Source: Haplodiscus bocki (Eukaryota). Taken from it: a stretch of 64,000 bases of DNA. Location: positions 25,172,001-25,236,000 of the forward strand of contig OZ296653.1 in NCBI GenBank assembly GCA_965655095.1, in the 5' to 3' direction. Under the pieces are notes generated by a model. That model ran no database searches. It was not told where the DNA came from and was given only the letters and a program-made list of their open reading frames with translations. Numbering within the stretch: position 1 is the stretch's first letter; every line of letters starts with the position of its first letter. Shown in pieces: positions 24,301 to 39,300 of the stretch. Position numbers and translations under genes: made by a program.

Positions 24301-27300
24301 TTTTTCGAAGTCCTAAAAAGAACGAACCACTCGTGTGTGAGTGACGGAGCATGAACTGCATTCTTCATAACGGTAGCGATTCCAATTCGCTTTTTTGAGC
24401 GACGAGTTTCAAATGAACTTCAAGTCGTGGGTGGCGTTTCACAATAAAATGTAGTTAACTTCCTTAAATTAGAGGAAATATGGTTCACGTTCAAAATACT
24501 GGTAATAACCTTTAAAACTTCCTTTCAAAAAACGACAAGAGATTAATTTAAACTTAATGGTGAGAAAAACTTATTGATTCAAAGTAAATAAACGACCAAA
24601 ACATCATCGAGGAAATGCGATGTTAGGAGAAAGAAAAAGCAGGAAGGTAGACAACTCGAGAGTTCATTCTCTACAACAGTTCACCTCTCAAGCAGCACAG
24701 CCATAAAAAATTTATCGCGAAAAATTAATTATCTAAATGGGACAGTGAATACTATAATCAGTACTACAATAAAGGTTTCCTAATGTAAAAGCTAAGTCAG
24801 GGAAATTTGTCCTCGCCCATAAACCCTATTAAGCAGACAGATTGGTTCATAATATTTGGTTCAAAATAATACAAATTAAGTAGATTTTGTAACGAATGGA
24901 TTCGGTGGTTTTATGTATAGAGTTCAAGAAGTACATCGAAAAATTGTCTACTGGTTTTTGACAAATTCTCATCAGCATCTTTAAAGCAGCGTCTCTTTTT
25001 AGTTGGTGCTTTGCTTTAAGTTAGGAGGCCCACTATTGAAGTGACTTTTTTCGTAAGATGACAGAACTCACATCGAACTGATCCAATTTAAGAGTTGGTC
25101 AAACTGATGATCTTGATGATTCGAATTGTACCATAGCTTCCAAATTGTCCAAAAATCAGAAAAGTTCATGAAATCAAAGGTCCCTTTGAACTTTTAGTCG
25201 GCGCTTTTACTTTAGTAAAAAAAATCGGTTCTTATAGTCACTTTTTTTAAGATCACAACGAATTGTCCACTTTTTTCCTTGGCATATTATTTTAAAGCAT
25301 GCAAGTACAATCTATCACAAGCGCGGGCAAGTACTCACAAAAAACAAAAGGTGTCTTCTAAGAAAATTCTTTCGGCACAGCGACAAAAACAATTCGAGCA
25401 AAAATCGTGACACCTTCGCATGTAAAGTTTTTCGATACCAGAACATTTCAGAAAGGGTTCCCTATGGAATTTTTTGGTACGGTATGACAAAAGATACTTC
25501 CCCTATGGTTTACAGAAATTTTCGCACCCGACAGATGAGCAGCACCGACTTTGAGATGTTTTCACCTTGTTTGCATTTTATATGGCCCATTGGGTAGCAG
25601 AGAAGAGGTTCAGAGCCACATGTTGCACTTCGAACCAAATGCAGTCTTTATTTTTTATATTTTATACTGGAAACTTTAGCGATCTTTTCTTACATTTTAT
25701 ACCAAAAATTATACCAAAATATATATTTTTTCAAACATCAAAATCAACTCCGTCCCATAAGAGTTTAGAGCAATACGGGCGGCGCCGAATCTAGCCATTC
25801 TCGGCTTGTTTCAACTTAGGAATTAATTTTCCACTAACCCTGTTTCAACAGCACTTTGCTTTTTCAGTCTTTGATATTCTTCGACAGCAATATGAATGAG
25901 GTTTAAAGCTGCTCTTTCATGTCCGCTAGTCAGAAAAACCGCTTTTTCTTTCCAAAAAGTGAAAAATTCACTTTACGGCAAGTGACAGTTTTTCCAAACC
26001 GCTTGCCGCAAATCAAATGGCATCCACAACCCATCACAAAGCCATGCCCAGAGTTTACAGTAGTGTGATTAAAGAGTGGAACCTTTATTTGGTAATAAAT
26101 ATTGGAACGATACATATATTTGCAAAATACTCAACACACAGGAGAAGCGAAACTTTGCAACACATGGATGTCAGTTGAGATCAAAGACCCTGAGAAACAT
26201 TTGAAGCCATGATCCGAGACATGATACAAAAACTAAACCAGTTATCAGTCACTGTTTGTTCAAAAAAAAGTCAAATTTTCGTCAGTGAGACAAGTACATG
26301 CCACAGTCTCATACTCGGACATATGATCTGCCAATCATGTCTTCATGGGTAATGCCATTTTACAACCCAATGTTTAGGAAACTTGCACATTTTACTTTGC
26401 TACAATCTAGAATAAAAATCGATGTTTAGATAACGTTTTAAGACGTCGTTGTTCATTTTATAGGACCAATGTGGAAGTTCATTTAATTGTACCAATGTGG
26501 AAAAAAAGACATTTTACTACACCAAATCAGAGAATCTCCTGCAAAAGTTAAAAAAACGTCATTTTTGACCCTTTACACTGCACCACTATACTTTCTGATG
26601 ACGTCAAAACAATGCATGTTTTGGACTAGGCATATGCCGGTTTCAATACACACTCTTGCTTTTACTAAGGTTATTTGGGGTTAACAGAAGCGGTCACTAG
26701 GCGTGCTATTTCAATTTGAATATAGCAAAATTACAATCGCCGAAGTTTCGCGCAATTTTTCATTCAAAATCGCCTCTTTCCTTAGTTTGCATGGACAGCA
26801 CACTTTTTCCGTGCGTGAGAAGTATGTATACGACATACTTACCGAGTCTTTCAAATAAAATTCGGGACCAATCGCCAATATTTAGTTCGAATCTTAATAG
26901 TTAACATAACATCAACAGAAACAACCAAATAATAGCTCCGACCTCATGCAGAAAACTATCAGTGGCTCTTTTCAATGATTCCAGTTAAAAACAATACTCG
27001 TTCTTCTCTGAAGGGTATTTGTCTTCTTGCAAAAATTTCTACGGATGTAAAATACACCTCTGGCAGGGCTCGAATATTGACGCATTTGATAACGAAAGGA
27101 ACTTTATTAGATAGGAATTTAACAAAGTCGATCAGAGTTGACAAAAGTTTTCTTGAATTTTCCAACTAATTTTTCAAGAATTTGAAATTGATCCACGAAT
27201 ATGAATCCCGCTTAATCATTTCCAGAAACAGATGGCTTTTGATTCAAGGCTCTGTGAGCAAAATCGAACGGTCGTTTAAGGGCAAACTCCCTGTTCAAAA

Positions 27301-30300
27301 TCAAAGTCTACAAATATTGTGTTTTCACATCCAAAACAAGTTTCCGGGAAAAAGAAAAGAATTTTTCAAAAATTTGAGTCACTGAGCATTTCTGAACATT
27401 TTCTTTCGCATAAGGAAAATGAACCATTGATATTACCTCCGAAAATCTTTAGCTTCCGATGAAGGGCTTGATGGGAAAAATTGAAGGAACCGTTACTGAA
27501 TTATTTTCGAAAGCGGTTGAAATTTTTTTGGAAATTTCAAAGTTTTTGCGATTATGGTCTTGAATGGACTTGAAAATATGTTCCATCAAGTACTTTCTAA
27601 ATACAGTTAACATTTGATCATCCGCTCGATGAAAAATAGGAACTGGTAGTTGTTGCGAAAACTTTTCAGAATCGGCAAAGTTTGCAAGCTTTAAACCATT
27701 CCTAGCATTTTGAAGTGCTTTTACAAACTCCAAAATACCAAAACTTACCTCTTCAGGCAAAATTTTATGAGAAACTGTTAAATACCTCCTGCCAGGTTGA
27801 TTTTCAATGCAGCTGTAACTTGAAACAAAATTAGAAGGCGAAGGAGCGGAAATTCCGCAACACTGCAAATTAATCAATTAATCAATCAACTGGTGCATCA
27901 GATTTGGAGCGAAACAAGTTATTGAACAGACACAATGCTAATTCGTACTACAGACTTGCAAAATTCTAAAAATGACGTAATCAGAAAATTCGGTGGATCT
28001 ATAAACAGCTGAGTCGAAATATTCGTACATCTTGACGAATGTCGTTTGATGAGATGTCAATTGAAATTGTGCAAAGATGAAGAAACGTCACAACATAGGT
28101 GTGTTGACACAACCAGGATCCAAAAGAGCAGTTTACAACAGAGTTCAAAGCTTCAGCAAACAAGGGCAGATTAGTATTTCTAGGGCAGCTACAAATACTG
28201 AAGATGACAAATGCTCTTAACACGTTATAAATTGCACGGTCATTTTCCAAGAACAGTTCTGACTTAATATACAAAGACCGCAGTTATATGCCGAAACATG
28301 TATTGTCGCAACAGGCTAGACTACAAACGGGTGAAATTTGACATGACGTAGGAATTAAAACTTATTTTTGGCTTTCTGGCCAAAAATTTCGAGTTCATCA
28401 AACGGATACTTGTATTTTGTAGAATCTGGAAGGACATTTTTGTGGACATAAAATTGCGGTTCTTAACTTGAAAACTCACTTGGAGAGTTCACATATTGGG
28501 TCACATCCAAATATGATGATATTTCTAACGTTGCTGCATAAGCTAGCTAATTCACAGAAATAGATATTTGTAAGCTTATGTGCAAAAGGCGATGAATAAA
28601 AATGTTATCCAGAAGTGCAAAACTGCAAAGCAAGCGGACGCAAAAATGCTTTGCTATAGACAGACTATGATAGTTAATGAGGCGATAAAATGAAAGGTAG
28701 TTAGTAGGAGGGTGAGCTAGGTTATGATTATGAAGAAGGCGAAGGCAAGACAAATGTAGGAGGCCTTCTCCACGGAAAAACCTCATCTCATTTATAGTGT
28801 ACATCAGGTATTGCATGCGAGACATTCGTGACACTATTAGGAGGAGGATACCACGGCGATAGTACCATTTTTTGACTGAGAATGGTAATAATGGTATGAT
28901 AAGTGTCATTGTTTTGGTAAAGCCATAGTAATATTTTTGTCTGACTGCCTCTGACTCATTAAAAACGGTGTCATGGATTATTATAATAATAATGATGATG
29001 ATTTAACGGCGAAGGATTTGATAGGATTCAATGACAAAGCAGTCTCCATATTTAGACTGCATTAGGAGTAATTTAAATGCTGAGACAGAATTTGAAAGAC
29101 TCGTCAATTATTATTCCCCTCTTGACACAGATAGCCCAGCTAGCAGAAGCAATCGCACGCTTAACTAGTTATTATAAGATAATATAACTTAACCAGTTAG
29201 TTAACCCTTCGGTCACATAAAAGGCCAACTAATTCGAAGATTAAACACCAATGCAACATGCATGTCAACACAAGGTCTGTCTATCTATCTACTGCCTTCA
29301 AACGAGGTTCAACAAGGCCACGTCTTCGAGCAGTTTCATTATTAAACAAAAGTAGACGCCATATTTGGCAGGGGTGGCGGTGAACTAGAAATATTAGTAA
29401 CTTTATATTAGTACAGTCCATGTACAGTACTGTGGGTAGTAATAATAACAGTAGCAACAATAATTTTTATGATCAGAATCATCAAAGTTGTCGCGAGATA
29501 TGGCTTGAGATATTAAACAGGTAGTACCGCTGTATTTACGTTGAACAATCCATAATACAATCGTCTAATGATTGCGTAATATTTGTGCTGATGTTACCTT
29601 ATCATCGATGCGGAATGATGCGATGACAAAGCAGCACCAAGCAGCGCAACGCACGGAAATGCAGTCATACATTACATATGGTCTTTGAAGGTTTCTGTCG
29701 CTTTTTCATGTTTTGTACTATCAAAATTTTGTCGTCTACATGAAGTAACAAGATTGTATAGACTTATATTGTATTGCAAGAAATACAGTGCTTCTATAAT
29801 TTCTTGTATTTCAACGCCATGTAACGCCCCTTCGGCAAAACGGGAGCAATCATCACAAACATTCTATTGGATAACAGTGACCTTCATGTTGTGTCGCAGT
29901 CACAAGTCGGTCGCTCAGCTGTTTTGCTTCGAATATTAGAAATGATAGAGAATTTCACTGATGCTGTGACGGCAGTACTTGGTATATTTGACCGGAGTAC
30001 CATTTCCTGGTGCATTATTTAAATCAGTTGAACTCTCTAAACTGCAAAACAGATACTGGAGAAGAGCTTCTACTCCTGATTCGATACTGCGCCTATCAAT
30101 GCTGCATCTCAAGGGAAAAGCGTGTGAATAATTTAAAAGCACGATAGAAGTTATCTTTTTGTACATGCATCAAAACACGGCGTCATGTCTACTATTGTTC
30201 CTTTCTTTAATTCATTGCAATTCCATTCCCGCGCATCGCAACCTCCGAAGTCCAATGATCATCACGAATTACCTCTTTCCATACAATCCATCATCATATA

Positions 30301-33300
30301 CAAGCAGTCTTTTCCGTTTCCATAATCTTGTCAAACGTCCGTCCTACCCCTGATCCCCCCTCCTCTGTCCTACTTTCAATTTTCTAAGCTCTGACAACTC
30401 TTCCACATAATCCTTTTCCATGGTCGCCAAAGTCGCCGTTCAAGGACACAACTGGCTATTTGTGCAAAAACAATGAAAATGAAATTTGTGAATGGAAAAA
30501 GTTTTCATCACGTCTAATGCATCATCCATAAGTCTCCTGTGTGGCCAGGCCGCCACATGTATTATCAATTATAATATATTCAATTTCATCCAACAAGTAT
30601 GCCACATGACACTTAAATGGATATCTGAAACTCATTGAATGTATTTCATTTGCATTTTGCAGATTATTCTTTTCTTTTTCCTAACAATCCAAAGCTTCAT
30701 CAATATGACGCTATGCTCTTTTAATAACTGATACAATGCCTGCCATCCGCATACAGATCAGGTTAAACATTTCCAAAGCGCTTCATCCGTCAAACAAATT
30801 TGTTTGTGCGCAAATTTAATTTTTCCCAAAAAAAGGGAAGCTTCATGTTTCAACATAAATTAGTTGACATCGAAAGATTAGCGGCACTGCAGAAATATTA
30901 CAAATGAATTACTTCAAGTGATTCCACGAAATCAATTTTCTGCAAAAATAGCAAACTCGGCTGATAAATATGCACCTAATAACTTTATTTCTCAGTTTCA
31001 ACAAATTCTTCCATCAAAAAAGCAATTCTCAAAACAACGGCGGCAGATCAGCGCCAATACGCCATCGTCACTACCGAGAACGACGAACGGCGTCTTATGT
31101 ATCAATTTACCATTATTTTTATGCAAATGAGCGTAAATTATTTTCACAAAATTATATCAAAATTTACACCAAGGAGAAAATGATTATAGCCAAATATTTT
31201 CAGTTCCATTTTGGAAGTGAAAAACAAGACATAAAGATTTTAGTATACAATGAAAACACTTTATTATGCAGCTACTATTGCAATACCATAAATTACGTTT
31301 CCGCTCACTTCAAAATTTGTCGAAAATAACCCATTGTAAGCAAGAATATCTAATGCGAAGGCAAAATTATTATTCTATAATGTAATGCTAATATGAAAAA
31401 TGCTCCATAAAAACACCCCACAAAGAAAAATTGGTCAAAATCTACATTAAATCTACTAGCAAACCCTTCCGCTGGTTCAGCAGATTAAATTTTCAATCAC
31501 TCCCAAGTCATTCTAAAGATCCGTTCACGTTTTTTCGGCTTTGGAGTCACAGTCACTGTTACCACGCTGAATGAATGAGACAGACGACTTGATGAACTCA
31601 CTCGTTTTCTTCATTCGGAATGATCATCATGACGACATAACCGAAACACTATCACTGAGTTTTATGTACTCGCTTTTTATTGGCTCGCTATTTTCACTTG
31701 CTGGCTTCCTTCCTTCGGCAATGACGTCAGAAAGGTTTGAGTTTTGGAAAACCGAGACACGGTTTACCAGCTCCATTTTATATAGGATTTAAAATGATTT
31801 AAATGCATATATCATTCATCGTCAAAACTTATTTGCAACATAAACTTGTTAAGCCAATCTGATAATTCAAACAAAACTGACAACACTAACCTCTGAACGA
31901 GTTTGCTTTTCCCTGTTTTCAGTCAGAAAACCCCCGTCAGCAAAAGCACAATAGTGAGAAGTCAGCCTCTGTTGTGAGTAGAACACTTCTCCACACGCAA
32001 TACACAAAGTACTCTCGCTATTTTCTGCACCTTCTGCGACAGCCGAACAGAGATACTCTACAACACCTTCGGAAACTTTTCCCAATGCTGATTTTTCTTC
32101 ACTCACTTCTACTTCTGCACCCAGAGGACTGTTAGTCAATTCCGACGATGATGTCAAGTCTTCACTGACGTCACTGCTTCTACTTCCGGATCGAGTGAAA
32201 TCAGAATGAACAGCCTGTTGCTGCTGAGAAAGGGGAACGCTGTCGCAATTCACAGATATTAAAGCGGAAGTTACGTAAGGGTTTGGGTTTTGTTCACGTG
32301 TTTGAACTCCGTTGAAAGATTTTTTAGAAGAGGAGGAAAAGTCTTGGTTACTACATGCAAGGTGTTTTGTTGGATTATGTGCTTGGTTGGTTTGGTTGGG
32401 TTTGAGAGTGGCTTTGTTGTCATCATCCTGAGCAGGACGAGAGTAGTCGACGAGGTCTGATGAGTTTGGGCGGCTTTTCGGTCTCTTTCCAGTCACCAGA
32501 GATTGTTTCTGCTCATAGGTTTTTAATTTAGCACAGCAATCACTGTTTTCCTCCTTTTCGGAATCCTAAAACGCTTCAAAGAATATAATAACGATCAAGT
32601 CATCCAAGTGCTTCATATTTACATTAAACTTAACTTTATTCATTCTATTCTGATTTGAATTTTTTAATCAATTTGCTTTTCAATTTTGATTACTTTACAT
32701 CGAATGTGTATGCATTTCAGTTCTTTGCTAATCAAGCAAGTCTTAATTTTGGGGCACAGTCCAAAAACTGAAACTAACGAAAGTGAAACAAGCTTCTAGA
32801 ACAAGTGGTACTCCATTTTCTTTGCCTCTCTTCTCACTGTCTGATTCTGCGACTGCTGTTTTGAATAGAATGTGAGACACTTTGCGTTTCTTTAATTCGC
32901 TCGGGTCAATTTTGAATTTATGATGGTCCTTCTCTAAGTGTCGTCGCAAACTGCGTTGATCACAGTAACTCTTGTTGCAACCTGTTTGTCCACACGCGAA
33001 GGGTTTATTCACTGCATGAGTCATCAAGTGACCCGACCTGTAAACAGGATTTTAGTAAAAAGGACCTGAGATATTCAAGTCTTCACAAAAATAAGATAGT
33101 CCTGCCAAATTGAACTGAAGAATTTTTGGGTCACTTACGCCTCCCACTACATGGAAGGCATTAAAAAAATTCTTTTGACACGTCTCTGAAAGCAGCTTTA
33201 ATGATGTTCCAATACAAGCGCATCATTACCCATGCTTTTTTAGTCAACATTTTTCGAAAATAATTTATCCACAAGACCAACTCGTGATAGATACCAAGGC

Positions 33301-36300
33301 AATAACCGCCTCGGGTAGTATCACTCATTTTCAGTTGAAGCTGGATGCAGAAGTCAAGTATGCTTTCTAATATGGTTTAATCTTGCAAATGAAACACAGT
33401 GGTGAAACGGAACTTCGCAACACACTGACTTGTCAGTTGAAATTAAAGATAAAGTTGACATATTAAAGGTCGCGAGACATTTGAACCTTGATCGGATACA
33501 TGATTGACACTTTTAGAAATACAGCACCATGTCTCTATCGAAAGGTTGCTCGAAAAAGTTGAATTGAGACAAGTCTTCGTCACGGTGTCTAATACTGGAA
33601 TGGTTAATCTGTCAATCATGTCTTTACAACATGCTATTTTTTAGCCCAATTTTCAAAGACTTTGCAGTTAACAACGCAAATATGAACAATGCTACGTGTC
33701 CCAAAAAAAACGTTACTTGTGAAAAATCTATAGCTCTCAAAATGGCTAATATTACTCAACAGACTTGAAAACCTCTTCAAAAACTTCTTTTCTCACTTGT
33801 CAATCATGAGGCCTGTGACTCAATTGAAACATTAAAAAGAAAGTGGTATATTATTGGTCAACTTAGTGTAAACAACATTCTAATTGTTTACCTACATTTT
33901 CACAATTTCAGATTCAGGGCATGTGTCAAATTTGATGATTGACAGGCGGTATGTGCCGATTTGAAAGAAGTTCCGGTGTCTTGTTTACTAATATTAACCA
34001 CTTTGAATTTTGAGAATTCGAAATTTTTACATGTAACGTTTTTTGGGAACACCTAATACACTTTCCACAATGCCTTGTATTCAAAACATTACTACGTGAA
34101 ACCATACATTTTAGGACGCTGACGTTCATTTTTCAGACCGTTTAAACTCTATGAATAGACTCTCTCATGACGTCATAAACTGCAAGTTTTGGACAGGTTG
34201 AAAAAAACTATGCATAAGCTAGTTTGCAATGCACATTCTTCCTTTCAGTCAAAATGTTTACAAAAATGAAAAAAAAAAACGATTGAAGGAAGCGTCAAAC
34301 TTACAAGTGGTCTTGACGCTTGAACCTCTTGCCGCATAGTTTGCATGCAAATCTTCTCAAATGACTGTGAATCAACTTGTGTTTGGTCAGCGCAGACGAG
34401 GATCCGAACTTCTTCTGACAGTGAGGGCAACACAGATGCTGCTGCTGTTGCTGCACTTGCGATAGCCTCTGCAAAAAGGAAGCTGCAACAGCCGAGGTCG
34501 GGTAACTTGCTACCAACGCAGCTGCCGGTGACGACAAAAGTCTCTTAGCCGCGAGATGGTTCACCCAAGGTAAAAGTAGATTCGGGTTGGTCGAATTTGG
34601 TTCGATAGGGGCGCTGCCACTTCCGGTCGAACTTAATCCAGCAGGGGCAGGGTGAGTCGAAACCCATTTCAGGCCAGGTATAGGTACTTTGTAGGGTATT
34701 GAGGTAGTGGGGGAGGATAGTCCGTGGTAGAAGGCATTGAGGTTGTTAGCATTCAAGGGCAGTGAAGGGTTCCACAGTGAAGTTGCGACGTCTGTGAGTG
34801 AAGGGTTCGGGCTTCTTTGAGTGAGATGCGGAGGTGCTGGGGACACTAGTTGATTAGCTACAGTTGGCGGTGGTAAGTTAAACGGAAATCTCGGATTGGG
34901 CCCAAGTTTCAATTCACCTGCAAACAGAGGTCCATGATGTGAAACAAAAAAAAACTAGCAAACAGAAAAGCTCAAAAATGCTTATCAATGTACGTCAAGT
35001 ATTTAAAATCAAAAGCCACCACAAACTGTATTTGAACATTTGCTGAACACAGTAACTTGAAACTGCCTGTGTATTGGAAGCCGAATGTGTAAGCGACTGT
35101 TTGAGAAATGAACATGTAGCAAGCAAATCTGTTACTAATCTAATGTTCTCGCAATTGGAACAGAGAAATGCAACTTCGTCTAACTTAAGATAATGGAGCT
35201 AGCCAACTCCTCATCGACTAGCAGGCGCAAATCTTTAGCCGAAGTTAATGTCTTCAAGCAAATGAAATACAAGAAGAATCAAATCATCCCTAAAAGCGAT
35301 CAATAGTAGGTTTGGCTTGAGAGAATAGGAAAAGCGATCATTTTACTAACAAACACTTGCTCCCATATAAAGAATAAGAAGAAAGATTTTGCTTCTATGA
35401 TAATCTTCTTTCTCAATGATTAACTCCAATTCAAGATGAATCTCAGTAGGAGCATATCACATGAACAAAATCAGACATAAATACACGCATAAGCTTTTGA
35501 TTTTGTAAAGAACCTGGCACAGAAAACTCAACGAAATCTGGTTTTATCATCACTCCGTACTTTTGAGAAGAATATATTTCTTCACATTGATGATTTTACA
35601 CATGTTGAGCTGTACTTCGCACACACGAGCGATGGATGGAGATGAGAAACGCTAAAAACTAACTGCCTACCGTTGAAATTGCTAACTTGATTCTGAAACT
35701 TACCGTTGGAAATTTTGACCAAAAAAAAAGACGTTGACACTGGATGGCCGCAAATCAAAACTAAGACACGCCATGAAGGATGCTTTGCTTCGTTAATTAT
35801 TTTTTTGCTGGTTTGTTGAATGATCACTAGATGTTCGGCATCTATTACATAGCTTTCGAGGAAAAAATACTCACCAAATGGCGCAAACTTGTTAAGAACA
35901 TCAGACTAAAATTAGGACTTCCGTCTGAAAAAAAAACGAGAGAGTACACCCTTGCTAATCCGCAGATGCTCCAAAATGCGGTGTTTACAATGAGCACTGG
36001 ATGACCGCAATTCCAGCGGTAGCCTTCGGTAAAAGAACAAAAAAGAAAACGCAATTAAAAAGAGATCAAACAATCAGTCAAAACAATTTCCTAACCACAT
36101 GAAACTAGACATCCCTGTTACTCCACAGTCGAGACTTTCCACATTAATGGCTTCTAAACGAGTGCTGTTGGGTGAGAAAGAAAGCAAGTGGAAAAATTTC
36201 AAGTATCACCGACAAGTCAAGCCAATTCGCTGTAAGAGAATGATGCGACACATCATGTTTCTTTGGAGACTTTCGATAATGCACACTTTTGAGTGACCAC

Positions 36301-39300
36301 TGGGTGGTTTCCATCCGACCGGTACTATATGAGACAAAAGACTTGCAAGATTGTACGCAAGTAAAATATTTTCAGTAGTAAAAATGGACAAACACAAACA
36401 AGTCTAAATATTTCGGAACCACACGTTTAGAAAACTCGAAAACAGGAAACTTGCAATATAACAATAGCTCTGTAGGAAACAAATTCCATTGAACGCAGTG
36501 ATATCCAACAGAATTTGGAGCATATGGAATCCAATAAATACCGATGAAAGGCACTTTCCTTGTCTAAAATCCAAAAAACTTCAAACTTTTCTTCGGTTTC
36601 CACATCATAATTTCGTCAAAAAGTACACTTTCCTAGCGTATACACCACCGAACATCGAAAAAAATAGGACAAATAAACTGTAGTTCCAGCCGAATGAAGC
36701 AAAAAAATGGCCTTAGTTGAAAAATAAAATTTATGAAAATCATAAATTTTTATTAACGTTTTTTGACATCAAAATCTTGGACATATAAATGTTTTCCGGA
36801 AGCTTTCCCAGCATACTTTTGCCGTGGAATAATTGGTTATCCATTAGTGTAAAAACACAAATCTCATTTTCCTGCAAAGATAAGATTCCTAAAAACTATT
36901 GCTTAAAATATTTACCCGTCGAAAAAATTCCCACCACATTATATGTACTTCCAAGGGAGAAACGCAGCTGCAGACAAGAAACCTTCCTCCAAACAGCGCT
37001 GCTGCAGGCAAGCAGTACAGAAGTGCAAGCGAGATCCTGCATTTTAAATTTTTGTTCCAGGTCAGAAAAAAGTGCCACCGTATCGGCTATCGCAAGTGTA
37101 AGAGGCGAGGCGGAGCTTCGCAAAGGCGCCAAGATTGACCGTTTATCCGATCAATGGCGCTCAATAAAATCAGTTTCGATAACGCAACCTGACACTTTAT
37201 TTCGAAAAATCGAAGTAAACGTTCCATTTAAAGAATGAGAATGGAGATTCCTGACTTCGAGCAGATTTTACTGATTCAAATATTTTCCTCCGAATAACGT
37301 ACAAGAAAGATCCTGAGTTTCCATCAAATTTTGCAAGCCGTTAGTACTTATATTAGCATTGGTGAATTGCAACTATGACGTTAGTATTCAAGAGAACGAC
37401 AGTCGAAAACAACGTTCTGTTGAATACAAAATATGAAAATGGAAATCTCTAGCTTGAAGCAAACTTTACCGATTGAAATGTGTCCGTTGACGGCGGAGGG
37501 TTGCAATCCAAACAAGGTTGTTCAATGAAATCACATTGGAAAACCTCATTTTGTTAAGAACGACTCAACTTCGTTCCCAGGAAAACTTTTTTAGCAATCG
37601 TTTCAAAACAGAGAACCCTGGTTACCAATAGATTTTGAAAACTTGTAACAGTTAACCTGAAAATGGATGATAGCAATCCAGCAATTTTTTTAAAAAAAAA
37701 ACTCCGAATTGTCATTCTGCTATAAACTGCATTTCGAAGTTCATAAGCATTTTTTCCGCAAAAAGTACGGGAAAAGATAAATCTGGTTCCCAGTAAGATT
37801 ACAGAACTGCAAGTAAACTGAAACTGGATAATTGCAAATCAGGCATTATTCTTCCATAAAAACTGTTCGAAATCATGACTCTTCCAAACAGATATCTTAA
37901 TTTCGAAGTTTAAAATGAAGCATTTTCCGGAAAATGTATGAAGATGGAGATCTATGGCTTTCGGAAATTTTCTGATCTGTGAGCTGAATTAAAGGGAAAT
38001 GATTACATTCGATCAACGGTCAGAAAAACTAGCCAAGAATGGCCAGAGTCGGCGCCGCCTGTATGGCTCAAAACATTCATAAGATGGAGTTGTTTTCGGT
38101 GTTTGAAAAAAATGTATTTTTGTATAATTTTTGGTATGTTTTCAAAGAGTGATATTAGCTGCACTGCGAGCTCGCTATTTGTCCGTTCGTTACGTTTTCA
38201 CGGGGGTTATAACGAGTAAAAAAATTGGAATGAAAGTCCACGGTTTTTTCGAGAATAGGTAGATTTTTGGAATAGGTTCCAGTATAAAACGTAACGAACG
38301 ATAGTTTTTTGGTATGTACAAAGGGTATATCCATTTTTGGTCTTACAGTGCCGATAAACGCTGTAGGGTTTTTTTAATCTTTCACACATTTTTCCTTCCC
38401 TAGCAAAGCGTTTCATTAAACGAAGAATGGGTCGACCACGAAAAGAAGAGTGTATCTTTTTGAAACTAGAAAATCGTCTTACGAAAAAATAGTCACTGTA
38501 ATAGTCGGGCACCTTCTCTTCTGAAAAGTGATCAAAAATCACTACTGAAAAGCTCAGGTATGATACTGACTATATACTTCAACTGTCCCTTTTTATTTGA
38601 TTTCTCGGGTCATCTGCATTATAAAAGCGCCGAATATATGCCACCCCCAAACATAACCCGCACCTCGGATAAAAGCCTCATTTTCGAATCGAAATAACCT
38701 CTATAAGCCGCGGCTTCTTTTCAAGTCTGCAATAAAAATACACAATCCTAATTCTTCACTTAAGAGTGGAAGTTTTATGTACCCAACAATCGTCGATCTG
38801 AGACGGAATAGTTTCATGATTCACCTGTAATTTTTCTACGAGTTTAATTGTTGGCAAAATGATCGTCTTAGCTGCCGTTCTGTATTATAACATCTATAGT
38901 TGGCTCCATTAGAAACACGTTTTCTCTTTTAGCTTTAGCTTTAATTTCACACGTATAGCCGCCCCCGAATAAAAGCCGAGAAATTTCCTCGGAAATAAAT
39001 TTACAAGCCGCAGCCTTTTCCAAAGAAGTACGATATTACAGTGACTGTTCTTTTTCAAATTGTTCTAGTAAAATTTTATGAATAACTCAAAATGACCGGT
39101 ACCTCAGAGGGCCCCGGTGGTATAGAGGGTACGACAAAAAGGCTTTTAAGCCATAGACACGGGCTTGAGACTACGTAAGTCCATTTTTTTTCCAAAAAAA
39201 AACGACTCTTTGGTGTTTATGATTATAAAACACCCCTTCCCATTTTATGATAGCCCCCTTAAATATTTTGAGTCTTTGTCGGCATCTTGAGCGTTCTGGG

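Noticed and set aside
28500-30560. Possible retroelement remnant
   Set aside because: Composition looks decayed-coding, but I could not recover any RT, RNase H, integrase or endonuclease motif.
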